Of a stretch of 64,000 bases of DNA, positions 12,381-23,632 are shown one piece after another. The DNA lies in NCBI GenBank assembly GCA_028534125.1, contig CM052818.1, forward strand, positions 7,008,001 through 7,072,000, in the 5' to 3' direction. Origin of the DNA: Lama glama (lineage: Eukaryota). The notes under the pieces are model-generated. The model made no database searches, was not told the DNA's origin, and worked only from the letters and a program-made list of their open reading frames with translations. The stretch's first letter is position 1. Every line of letters begins with the position of its first letter. Made by a program: the position numbers and the translations under genes.

Positions 12381-13369
12381 GATGAGTATTGGTCAAGAGG
12401 AGTCAAAAGGAGTATTAGTGTCTCAAATATATCCCCACTGCTTAGGAGACAACGGGAAGTTCTTCAGGAAAACTGGGCATGGTTTAGGGTGGCTTTGACC
12501 TTCAAGGAAGGGAAAAAAAGGTCTCTGTCGTGGGCTGCCCTGCCATGAACTCCACACTCTCTTTTTCTGCCATTAAACAGCTACTTGAGTAGATATCACT
12601 TCATTTTTTCTTTCTTCATTGGTATTCATAAGATATTTTTACATGTCTAATTGCGAGAACTTGTTCTAAGAAGCTTGAATTCTCATGCCAAGTCACGAAA
12701 TTAGTGTCCAGTAACTCAAAGCCTGTCTGCTTCACTACTTAATTTAGAGATATACTGGTTGGCACAAGTCTTCTGGTGCCAAAAAATCTTTCACTTCTGA
12801 AGACTCCTAGCCAAGCTCAATGAAAAATACAACCATAAATACTCATTCCAATGATTCCCCAGGCCATAGTCACAAAGCTTTTACATTGCATTTACTCAGG
12901 GTTCCCCAGCCAAAATCATCTCATTTATTCTTCTCCAGGGTCCTTGGAAATGTCTGCGCACACGCCGCCCCCACCCTCCTCACTGTGTACCTCCTTCCTT
13001 GCAGGCCTGGTATCTAGATGCCAGGTTGAAGCTGTGGGCTCCGATTTCCTGCAGTCATAAGTTTCCGGCTCCCTGGCTTACCCTGGGGTGATGCTCTGGC
13101 CACAGGCAATGGGGGCTGAAACCTGGGACTTATGGCTTTTACAGTGGGAGTTCCTTGCTACTGCAGTCGGATGTCCAGGCAGAGCTGAGGATTCCCTGGC
13201 AGTGACCTGCAGGGTGGATTTGTAAAGCTGATTTGCATGAGGAGAAGCAAGAGGGAAGTCTTAGAAGGATAGAAGGAAACTGGTGTGAGTTCACAAATTA
13301 CAGTGCTCCTCTCCCTCACCCTATGAGCTGTCCTCTAACCCCTTGATTTCACTTAGTCCGTGGAGGCTA

Positions 13370-13959
13370 TGAAGGAGAATTAATAAAATGGCCGCACTTA
13401 AGCTAACAGGTTGCGTATTCTTACGCCTGCCCTTAGAACGGTCAACCGACCTGACTGACCAGTCGCTACTCACAGCTCCAGGCCCGTTGTTAAAATAAAA
13501 CTATTGATTTTACTGTTTCTGCTTTATTCCAGTAATCAAAAGTAATAATCATACTTGGTTTCTGGGTTGTTCTCCAGAAAGGTCATGGAACTGTAACCTT
13601 ACAAAATAGCCTGAATTACCAAGAAGACCACGCCTTGGGCGCTTATGAGATAAAGAGATGGAAAAAGTGATAACCGCTGGCCTCTATAGAACCTGTCGTC
13701 AAGATGCCACTCTAAGTCTTAGGACAAGAAAATGATCCTGTTGATTGTTATCCATGTTTTACTGTTTGAGCTATGGCTGTATAACCACTGCGGGGACCCC
13801 ATCCCCACAGTGGGTCCACAGTTTTGAAGGCACTAGCCTGTTGTGAGTCCCCTTTGCTCAGCCAAGTAATAAAGCTGCCTCTTTCCTTCTATGCTCTAAG
13901 ACCCTGTCTCTGAGTTTCAGTTTGGCTCGTCAGAAAAGGGGGCTGATCTTTTGGCAAGA
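13370..13959 (+). mobile_element. Solo ERV1-type LTR
   Basis: TGAAGG...GCAAGA; perfect TSD gcta (13366-13369/13960-13963); aataaa near 13868; U5 similar to the LTR at 9349. Confidence 0.85.
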
Positions 13960-14044
13960 GCTAGTCCTGGTTCCAAAAGCCAGGCATAGACCAGTCACTA
14001 GCCAGGGCCTACAAGGATAAGCTGTGAGGCCCTACTTGTGTGTC

Positions 14045-14145
14045 CTGGGACTGGCTGCAATATCAGAACTAGCTGGGGAGCTTTAGAAATCCTGATGCTT
14101 GAGCTCTGCCTCAGACCATTTAAATCTAGAATTTCTGGGGAGTAA
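14045..14145. mobile_element. MER5A-like hAT-Charlie fragment
   Basis: 'tcagaactagctggggagctttagaaatcctgatgcttgagctctgcctcagaccatttaaatctagaatttctggg'. Confidence 0.6.
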
Positions 14146-14206
14146 GCTTGGTATTTTTAAATTGAGGTATATAACTTACTGTTGTTGTTGAGGATTTTCC
14201 TGCCTC

Positions 14207-14349
14207 TTTTTTTTTTTTTTTTTTTGGTGGGGGGAGGTAATTAGGTTCATTTAGTTAGTTGTTTTATGTTGTAATGGAAGTACTGGGGATTAAACCCAGG
14301 ACGTTGTGCGTGCTAAGCATGAACTCTAATCACGAACTATACCCTCCCC
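14207..14349 (-). mobile_element. Vic-1-type SINE within an old L1 3' fragment
   Basis: polyT followed by 'gtactggggattaaacccaggacgttgtgcgtgctaagcatg...tataccctcccc'. Confidence 0.9.
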
Positions 14350-14489
14350 TCCTTGAGGTATAATTTAGTCATAGCAAAGTACACAAATCATAAGTATAAA
14401 GCTTAATGCATTTTTGCACCTGGGTAACTACCACTGAGCTCAATATTCAAAATGTGGAAAGCTTCCAGCCCCTCTGAAGGCTCCTTTCT

Positions 14490-14516
14490 GATAGATAGAT
14501 AGATAGATAGATAGAT
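14490..14516. repeat. (GATA)n microsatellite
   Basis: 6-7 GATA units. Confidence 0.95.
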
Positions 14517-14590
14517 GAGGGCCCATCAGATCAGAAGCAGGGGCAGCCAGCACCTCTCTTTTAAACTTTTCTGGTTCTCCCAACTGCTGG

Positions 14591-15100
14591 TGTAGGAGAG
14601 GGAAAAAATTTTTCCTTTCATCCATCTTAGGTTCATTGGCTGTGGCTCTGTAAATTAGACTAACAAAAGACAGAATAACAGGAGAGAAACCAACACATTA
14701 ATTAACACATGCATTTCACATACATGTAGAGCACTCAGATGACAGAAGAATAAAAGATAACATTTTCGAGAAGTGACAAGACAAAGGGAAAGGACTTTGA
14801 ACTTCAAAGGGCAAACTGTGGGAAGGCAAATATATGGGGAAACTACTAGAAGATAAGGACCAGTATTGGCAACGTTTGTGAGACTAAAGGTTGATAAGGG
14901 TCTAGAGTTGTCTCCACTGATTAACGTCTGACCTTCCCGGTAGGGAGTGGAGGGGACACCTTTACAAATTTCTATCCTACTTTTCTAGGCAACTCGAGGA
15001 AGAGCAAGATTTTCTTGGATCTGTTTCATCTCAATTGACTTTAGCTCAAAATAATTCTCATGCCAAAGTGCATTTTTTGGGGTGATAGTGCAACCCTTCA
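14591..15100 (-). mobile_element. Solo ERV1 LTR, MER34-like
   Basis: TGTAGG...CCTTCA; 'ctcaaaataattctcatgccaaagtgcattttttgggg' is an antisense MER34-type start; flanks ctgg/cagg. Confidence 0.8.
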
Positions 15101-15441
15101 CAGGAAACCCATGTCAAGCACTCTGGGTCCATCTCTTGGATCCCCTCACTTGGCTTGAGGGGGAGAAAAATGACCAGGACTCCAGGACAACTCTCTCCCT
15201 ATTATCTGCAGCACCGAATGCCTGATGGGATCATGAAAACAGAGCTCTAGTAGGTTTGGGGGATTTCTGTTTTTTAGGGCCTTTTGCCACCCCTGCCTTG
15301 GGTCTTTTTGTTTTTCATTTAATAAGTCCTGTTTAGAAGGTCCAGCATCTTTCTGTTGCAAACCATCACCACTATCCATCTTCCAGAACTTTTTAAGCAT
15401 CCCAGACTGAAGTGGTACCCATCATATTAAACCCTTTCCCC

Positions 15442-16002
15442 TGTTTCCAAACAAAAGTTCATGTGCTCAAAACACAATGAGGCCAAACAAACCAAAACGT
15501 TGGAGTCTGGAGCAGATAAATGTTATTGCAGAGCCAAACAAGGAGAACAGAAAGCTCATGCTCAGGAAAAACAAACTCCCCAGTGGTTGTCAGGGAGTTT
15601 TTAAAGGCAAAATTTGGGGTGAGGGCTGCATGGTGTGACTTTCTTCTGATTGGTTGGTGGTGAGGTCACAGGGTGGTGTTCCAGGAATCTTGTGCTCAGC
15701 CTCAAGTTGCCACCCTCCACCTGGGCAGGACCTTAGTCCTGCAGAAGAACTCAGAGATATTATTGGTTCCTCTTTGAGGAGGAACCAGGACCCTGCCACA
15801 AGGCTGCAGTGTTGTTTCTTGATTGTTCCTCCTTTGTCTATGCATTCCCTCACTTCTCTGATTAGCAGCTGTTTGAATCTTCCCTTTGGAACTCAGGGAA
15901 GGTCAAGGAGGCTGAATGAGTTCTACTTCCTACAAACAAAAAACAGGAGACATGGAAAGGATTTGAACCAGGGAGGACCCTACAGAGCTCTGCTCCATTT
16001 CA
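15442..16002 (-). mobile_element. Solo ERV1-type LTR (inverted copy of the 9957-10524 family)
   Basis: Long reverse-complement matches to 9957-10524, e.g. ggcaaaatttggggtgagggctgca and ccctttggaactcagggaaggtcaaggaggctgaatga; no TSD found. Confidence 0.85.
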
Positions 16003-16691
16003 AGACTGATTCTTAGAAAAGCAGTTTCAAATCTCCCCATTTCCCAGAGCTACAATCAGTTTAATATTTGAGTTTCATGATCCCAGCACTTCTTGCTCTA
16101 GGGGCTGCTGATAGAAAGTGAAATGGTCAGGATTCTGAAAGCAAAGCCACCCGCTAGAGGAGGATGTCTGCAAATGGGAATTGCAAGCCCCACAGCCAGG
16201 AGCTAGACTTGTCAAGACTTTCCAGCCTTCTGGTTTGCATGAAGCAGTTCTTATCCCGAGGATGAAGCTGTTAGACATTAAGAGCCCAGGAAATTAGGTC
16301 CGCCTGCTAGTAACCAGAACTGGCTGGGCATTTCTGGGGCCACCACCTTTTCTAGAAGCTTTTCAAGGTCAAGGTCTTCTCTAATAAAGGCCATCCAGCT
16401 ATTCCAGAGTGGTTGCCTTCTCTTCATCAAAACAGGAGTTGGAGCCCTGAAGAGGGAGGTGGGCATGGAGCTTGGTCAACCCTGGCCAAGAATGGGGCGT
16501 TAGAAACTCACAAGCTCAAAAAAAAAGAAAAAGAAACTCAGAAGCTCTTAAGTTTATCTTCCCCCATGTCAGGCTCTGCTCCCCAACAAGCTTCAAGGGA
16601 GCAACTATTTTGTGCAAGTCCCCTGAGGGACAGAGAGAGAGAGAGGCAACAAATTTACCATCTGGTAGAGGAGACAGCCAGGCATATAAAG

Positions 16692-17585
16692 TGATGAATT
16701 GATGCCCTCAGAAGAATATGGGAGGAAAGACTTCCCTCTCCCCTCCTAGTTTTGTTGCCGAGTCCAAACTCGTTCTGCTCGCCGCACAACAGGCCAATAA
16801 ATTGGGAGACGAGGTGTTGAGGAGATGAGGCGTTGGGGCAAGAAACAGCAACCTTATTCGGAAAGCCAGCAGACCGAGAGGATGGCAGACTAATGTCTTG
16901 GAGAACCATCCTGCTCTAGTCAAAATACAGGGTCCTTTTATACAAAAAATAAGGGAGTGGGTGTGGTTGATTGTTGTAATCTTCTTGCTGCAGGCATCCC
17001 CGTGGGCTAGCTCATGGTGCCCCTGTAAACCTCCAGCAAAACAAAGGTTATTCTCTACTGCAGTTTCAATAGGTGGGTCCATGAAATAAATGGGCAACAG
17101 GCAGATTAACGGAAGAAAAGGTATACAAACACTGATTTTTAATATTCTGTAGACAGAGGCATCACAGGGAAAAAAAGTGAAAACCCCCAAAATTGGTAGA
17201 ATTTGAGAGCTTATGTGCCGTCTTATGGGGAGGGGGAGAAGGATATAGGTCTCTTAGGGGATAGTAAATGAGTTTCAGGAAAGATGAATGGGCCCTTAAA
17301 GGAACAGATGAGAGAGGGGACAGTTTGTGACCAAGTTTGTCCAGGTGTGATGTGGACTTCTAGTCTCCTCTCCGGTGATAAGATTTGCTCTCTCTTCCTA
17401 GGTTAATGAAACATCTTCTTGAATGAGGGGCTTTATGACAATTGAGTTCCTTTTGGAGAATCTGTCTTTAGGCAGACAAGAAGAATTCAGAGAAAGCCTC
17501 TCCCTGCATTTCAAGTGCCTTCAGCTCAAAATAATCAATATACCAACGCAGTATATTTTTGGGTGGCATGCCCTTAACTCCTTCA
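16692..17585 (-). mobile_element. Solo ERV1 LTR, MER34-like, split by a younger LTR
   Basis: TSD aaag (16688-16691/17586-17589); end 'ctcaaaataatcaatataccaacgcagtatattttgggtggcatgcccttaactccttca'. Confidence 0.8.
16753..17062 (-). mobile_element. Short solo ERV1-type LTR nested in the MER34-like LTR
   Basis: TGTTGCC...CTGCA; perfect TSD gttt (16749-16752/17063-17066); antisense TATA 'ttttatac'. Confidence 0.85.
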
Positions 17586-18368
17586 AAAGCATGAGTAGAG
17601 AAGACAGAAGTAATCCTGAAGCTGTGTGGGATGCTGTTCTGTTAAGGCCACTGCATTGGTTTATACAACTTTGGTGTTCTTTTAAATAACAGCAGAAACT
17701 AACATCATAAAATTTTATTAGGATCAGATGTGTGCTAAGCACTCTAAATGCATTAATCTGTTTAGTTGATATAACAGCGCTAAGAGGAGAGTATTATGAT
17801 TATTATCTTTGTATTACAGATGAGGTTAGATGCTGTTTAGAGATGTCAAATGCTATTCCTGATATGGTCCACCTGGTAAGAGCGGGGGATCCAGAATTTT
17901 AACCCAGTTTGGTTCTGTTCTGAAGCTTGAGTTGTTAGTAAAGTATAACGCTGGGCTAGACGTCCAGATGTTTGGACAGGCACGATAACAAGGGCTCTGA
18001 GGAAGTGGGTGCTGATTCTAGCTCCAGTACTATCCAGCCTGTGGATTTATGTCACTACTTTGTCCCCAAGCCTCCTCACTTGTTCTAATGGTTGAACCAG
18101 ATGACTACAAATGTGCCTTCCATTTCTAAAATTCTCTCAACCTACGATTTTCAAGTTCTTAAATGAAACCATCTCATGTGCACTCTTTTTAATAAATCCC
18201 AAAGAATATTTAGGAGGCAAGTAAGCTGCTGTTGCACTCATGTCTCTCTGACTTTTGGGAAGGATGCTAGATGCTAAAAATGTCTGAGTGCCATGACAGG
18301 GAACAAAGGTGAGGGTACAGAAGTAGGGAGCCACAGTCACATTTGAAAGGAATTCAACAAACCTACTC

Positions 18369-18452
18369 TTTTTTTCTTAATGGAGGCACTGGGGATTGAA
18401 TCCAGGACCTCATACATGCTAAGCACATGCTCTACCAGAGCTGTACCCTCCC
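18369..18452 (-). mobile_element. Vic-1-type SINE
   Basis: 'aatggaggcactggggattgaatccaggacctcatacatgctaagcacatgctctacc'. Confidence 0.9.
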
Positions 18453-18477
18453 TCTGAAATTTACTTTTATACATCAT

Positions 18478-18842
18478 GTGTTAGGGTTGACTGCTATGTC
18501 AAACAGCCCCACATTTCAATGGCTTAATCCAAGTTTATCTCACTTAGGAACAATCCAACCCAAGTGTCCTAGTTCTATGGCTCTCCTCCAAAGGGCTTCT
18601 CAGGAACCCAGGCTCCGCCCATCTGTGGCTCTCCTAGGTCCTCAGAGTACTTTGCTTCCAGTTGTAGAGAATCACACAAGAGGCTCTGAGGATGCAAGAA
18701 GTAGCATCTCTTACTTCTGCCCCCTTCCACTGGCCAGAATTGGTCATGTGGTCCCTCATAACTTTCCAGGAAAAGTTGGCAAATACAGTTTCAGTGTGTG
18801 CCCCAAAGGAGGCTGACCTGGATGAATACATAGTAGTCTCTG
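18478..18842 (-). mobile_element. MLT1-type LTR, old
   Basis: 'aacagccccacatttcaatggcttaa...cttccactggccagaattggtcatgtggtccc...aaatacagtttcagtgtgtgccc'. Confidence 0.55.
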
Positions 18843-19393
18843 TAATTCCATGAGTAGTCAAGTTAATCTTGAGAAAGAACAGAGGGAACGTACCCTATCG
18901 GTCATGGAGACTCTGCAATGCTGTCCTTCAGAGCTGTTTATGTTCTTTTTCCCACCATGACTGTTCATAGTCTTACTAGTATCCCTGGGCAGGGATAAAG
19001 TGAATGCCTCTCCTTTGGTTCTCTTAGAGAAGGTAATAGGACTTTTTTCAGTGTATTCTCCTGGGATCAAAGGTTATAACAATACTAGTAACTAGCACTT
19101 ACCGAGCACAACTTATATGTCAGACACTTAAACCCATTATCTTAGAGTGGGGGCAAATCTCAAGGTCTGGATGACATATGTGGAATTGAATAATGCCATT
19201 TAATTTACCTTTTCTATAAAAGGCTTCAATTTCTATTTTTCATGCCCATTGTGCTGGGTACCAGAAACAATTTCACTTGATTTGGCCCCTGCTCTGTCTC
19301 AGATTTTGTCTAAGTTCCCAGGTGATGGGAACTAGCTGGTTCTCAACATCCTGATTATTCATCTCTCCATTTGTGGCATCTGGCATTATATCC

Positions 19394-19818
19394 TGTCAAA
19401 TGACAAAAGTGAAATAATTTGAGTCTGATGTCCTTTACTCAAGGGAAACCAATCCACGGACTCGGGGGGTGGGTGCAGTGCCTCCTAAACAGGGGACCAC
19501 TCTGTCGGAGGATGTTTGGGCAAGAGTGAGTTTATAGACCATTAGAAGAGGCAGCGTGGAGACAGGCATGATTGGCTAGGAGGTCAGAGGCTTCCTTAAA
19601 AGGCGAGCAGGTCCTGTTTTCTAGGGTGAGGTGAGATGGTTAAAGCGGAGTTGGAAGACTGTGATTGGTAGATATTAGTATTCCTTGACAGGCGTTTGTT
19701 TCCGGGAAATATCTGATTTAGGATTAGAAGCTGATCTAGGATGAGATTTGAGATGTGGGTGGGGCCCCTGGAGAGGCCTCCAGCCTGTGGATCCATGATA
19801 TACAAATTAATTTTATCA
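19394..19818 (-). mobile_element. Solo ERV LTR
   Basis: TGTCAA...TTATCA; perfect TSD atcc (19390-19393/19819-19822); antisense agtaaa, TATA (tttatag) and CCAAT (gattgg). Confidence 0.8.
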
Positions 19819-19937
19819 ATCCAAATTGCCAAATGGACTTGGCTTTCCATCTGGCCTCTGCCTGGGTTGCTCCCTTGCTCCACACCTCAAAGCCATGGTT
19901 CTCTCTGCTACCTCAAAACCACCTCCCACTTCACCGA

Positions 19938-21028
19938 TATTGACTGAAATAAATGTGCAGCCTAAAAGTTGAAAATTAGGTTTAATTTGGCGGGAAGACT
20001 CCAGCCAGGATGACAGCCCCTCAGAGCGCCCTGAGGGACTGCTTTGAAGAGGCAGGGGAGGAGCTAGGATACATACGAGCTTTACAACAAAGACCAGGTA
20101 GTTGGAACAATAGAAGATTGCTTGTTATCTAAAGAAAACCAGGCATCTCAAGTTAAAGAATTTAGCACTTTTCTATGTATGGGACTAAGCAAACATTTGG
20201 GCTCATTGAATTCATTCCTTTGACAAGTATCTAGCTATCTAGGGCCAGCATCCTGTCCTTTCTTATTCTGAGTCTCCTCAGAGGGCACCACTGTGAGTGG
20301 CTGCNNNNNNNNNNNNNNNNNNNNNNNNNNNNNNNNNNNNNNNNNNNNNNNNNNNNNNNNNNNNNNNNNNNNNNNNNNNNNNNNNNNNNNNNNNNNNNNN
20401 NNNNNNNNNNNNNNNNNNNNNNNNNNNNNNNNNNNNNNNNNNNNNNNNNNNNNNNNNNNNNNNNNNNNNNNNNNNNNNNNNNNNNNNNNNNNNNNNNNNN
20501 NNNNNNNNNNNNNNNNNNNNNNNNNNNNNNNNNNNNNNNNNNNNNNNNNNNNNNNNNNNNNNNNNNNNNNNNNNNNNNNNNNNNNNNNNNNNNNNNNNNN
20601 NNNNNNNNNNNNNNNNNNNNNNNNNNNNNNNNNNNNNNNNNNNNNNNNNNNNNNNNNNNNNNNNNNNNNNNNNNNNNNNNNNNNNNNNNNNNNNNNNNNN
20701 NNNNNNNNNNNNNNNNNNNNNNNNNNNNNNNNNNNNNNNNNNNNNNNNNNNNNNNNNNNNNNNNNNNNNNNNNNNNNNNNNNNNNNNNNNNNNNNNNNNN
20801 NNNNAAGCAAACATTTGGGCTCATTGAATTCATTCCTTTGACAAGCTTCTAGCTATCTAGGGCCAGTATCCTGTCCTTTCTTATTCTGAGTCCCCTCAGA
20901 GGGCACCACTGTGAGTGGCTGCAGAGGCTGGGCTGCAGGCCTGTCCTCACTGGGGGTGGCGGCAGCCGCTGATGATTTAGTTTCAGCGTTCTTGGTTTAC
21001 TGATATGGTTGCAGTATTTTCGTTCACA
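19938..21028 (-). mobile_element. ERV1-type LTR spanning an assembly gap (solo LTR or collapsed provirus)
   Basis: TATTGACT...TTCACA with perfect TSD ccga (19934-19937/21029-21032); 118-bp segment repeated on both sides of the N-run. Confidence 0.85.
20305..20804. other. Assembly gap (500 N)
   Basis: N-run. Confidence 1.
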
Positions 21029-23051
21029 CCGAGAACAGGCCACTGTTCCCAGCACCTGGAGAGAGCCACGCACCCCCCATTTCTCTGCTGGGCCCTTCTG
21101 CCTCACAAATTGCTCAGCCTCCAGGGAGGGCACCTTCACCCTCCTCCCAGGGAGCAAGCTCCTGTCTCAGAAACCTACTACCACTGTTTTGCCGCCCCTC
21201 TGCTTCTCTCCCCCTTCCAGAGACTGGATAATCCTTATCTGCCTAGGTCTCAGTTTTTCTAGTCCTAATATTTATGGCAACAAATTGATGCTTCAGTTAT
21301 TCAAGAGTTAAATTTTTGCAGTTCAAAAGGCCTAATTCTTACCACTCCTGAATTTTCTGGTTTTCCTGCTTTATCACACTCCTCCCCTGAGGCAATAAAT
21401 ACTACTGACTTCAAGGTGATAAGGAAAGACTACAGACTGAACCAGGAGTAGGGCAAGGGACACCAGGAAATGGGGGGAATACTGTAAATTTTTCAAAAAT
21501 ATTTTTCTGCCCCACTCTCATGTAAGCTTCAATGACCACCCAGTGATGCAGTAGTGATGTGGCCATTATTATCTCTGTTTGACAGATGGAGATGCTAAGC
21601 TTTATTCTTAAGATCTATTTTGCCAGGACACTTTTTGGTGTAGGATGGGTGAAAGGTTTAAAGATCATTTTGAATTGGTTAAAAAAAAAAATTAGAAGGG
21701 CTATTTAAAAGCTACTGACTGTTGTTACTTTTAAGCTCCAACACAAACTAACTGATATGAAATCTTGTCTAATGAAGACAAGTCTTAGACTTTCTTTAAC
21801 AAATACCTAAGATGCACTTGAAATTTGTAAGAAGACCATTATTATTTGGAGTGGATAAAACAAAAGGTTCGAGAACTATCCTCATCATTAAGTTTAACTC
21901 TCTCTTGCAGTCTCGTCTAATGATTAGCTTATTAGAAAAATCCTTTTATTTACTAACAGTATGAATGTAAAGCTTGCTTAATCATTCAATAAATATTGAT
22001 TGAGGCCATTTCCAGATCCACATGTAAAGAATAATAAGGTTTTGAATTCCCCAATTTGCAGCATCCAGATTCTTTAAGCTGCCTCGTCTCCTCAACTTTA
22101 AAATCTTTTTCTAAAATCTAAGAGTGAATTTCTTTATTCAGTGAATGCTTGAAGCAGATGACTCTGCACTGGAGGTGGGGCCTGGGAGCCTCTCCCAGGA
22201 GCGAAGGTAGGTGAGGTCAGGGAAAATGTGCTTAGGATGAGAAGTGGGTGAAAGCAGTGCCTGGTGAGGGGCAGGCACCAGTGAAGTGTTTGAGGAGTGA
22301 CTAACAGCTGCAGTGGTGCTGCAGGAATGAAACACCCTGTCCAGGCCCTCTTGGGAGAACCTCAATTTCCCAGGGAATGTCCTTCTCTGACCCACCTTGA
22401 CTGAACCTTGGTGCCCCAGGTTGACTGGGCTTGTCTGATTCCCTGGAGAAGCCTACTTGAACCTTAGTCTCATTGCGCCAGACAGCACAGAAAAATCCAG
22501 AGAAGCATCGGACACCACAGCAGAGATGAAGCAAAGATGACTGTGTAGAGGCTGGGTTACTCTGGGGACAGTAGCCAAGGATGGGTGGCAGGGGAATGGG
22601 CTGAGGGCTCTGTTTTAAAAGGAACCATGGTAAAAAGTTATTTTTGAAGCTCACAGACCTTTGCTGAGGATTCCAAATAGCACTTATTAGAGAGCCTCCA
22701 GAGAACCCCTAAGTAATGTGTCCAGGTTCAACTGGGACGCATCATGTAATGGTGGAAGCCTGGCATCTCTGAAGCTTTGCAGGCATTGGGCTCAATGGTC
22801 CCCAAGACGCTCTCCGCCTGTAAGAAGACAGCAGCTGCCTGTGGGTAAAGGGAAGACGGAGGCCTTTCTTGGTAGAGCGTGGTGCAGCCTGCACTGGCAT
22901 CTTTAACAAGATGTATCTAAGTGGTGTTGACATTGCCACCTATCTTACTTTTCAAACACCAGAACCAATAATGGCCGTTTCCAGGAGTTAATTAAACTGA
23001 AGGTGACAGTGAAGGAAGGGGTCAGGCCAACCTGGCTTCACCACTTTCAGG

Positions 23052-23470
23052 AACGGTAGATTAAAGATGGCTGCAAATTCTTTCCTTCTCCTCCCACGGA
23101 GAGACAGACCCAATGCCCCCTTTCCGTGGACCAAGAGGGTGCAGTGGAAGTGATGCTGGGATGGAAGCAGACCTGCCGCTCCCACCTGGCTCTGTCAGCA
23201 CGTGTGTTCCTGAGACATTCGTTCTGGGAGAGTCTATGTGGAGGCACTCCGGGCAATAGCCCCAGCCAGCGTCTGTCCAACAAAGCTATGTTTGGACCTC
23301 CAGCTCAGTGGAACTTTCAGATAACTAACTGTAGCCGCAATCAGTGAGTAACCGTGGCTGCAGGGGAGACCCCAAGTGAAACCCATTCAGTTGAGCCCCA
23401 GAGAACCAACCATAAGCAATAATAATAAAGTGTTGTTTTAAGCCACTATATTTTGGGGTGTGTATAGAGT
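23052..23470 (+). mobile_element. MLT1G/H-like LTR
   Basis: 'ggtagattaaagatggctgcaaattctttcc' start; 'aataataaagtgttgttttaagccactatattttgggg' end. Confidence 0.7.
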
Positions 23471-23474
23471 ATGA

Positions 23475-23632
23475 CCTCAGGTGAGACAGTTCACCACTCA
23501 CAGGTTTAGTTTCCTTCTGTAAAATGGGCAAAATAGTAGTATCCACTTTCTAGAGTTACTGTGATATGAATGTAGTAAGGGTGGAAATGCCAAGCTCAGC
23601 GCCCGACATACAATAGGTCTTCAGTAAATGCC
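23475..23632 (+). mobile_element. MIR fragment
   Basis: 'tttagtttccttctgtaaaatgggcaaaatagtagtatccactttctagagttactgtga'. Confidence 0.7.

Noticed and set aside
9349..13959. Same-orientation LTRs read as the two ends of one provirus
   Set aside because: Each LTR has its own TSD, the sequences differ, and no gag/pol/env remnant lies between them
14581..14586. MYB-like CAACTG at the LTR orientation switch
   Set aside because: A single 6-mer is expected by chance and cannot support an A-MYB promoter
9923..16016. Two similar ORFs (9923-10288 - and 15654-16016 +) suggesting paralogous genes
   Set aside because: Both are antisense readings of the same LTR family
20231..20841. Long ORFs of 176-200 aa
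   Set aside because: Artefacts of the N-run
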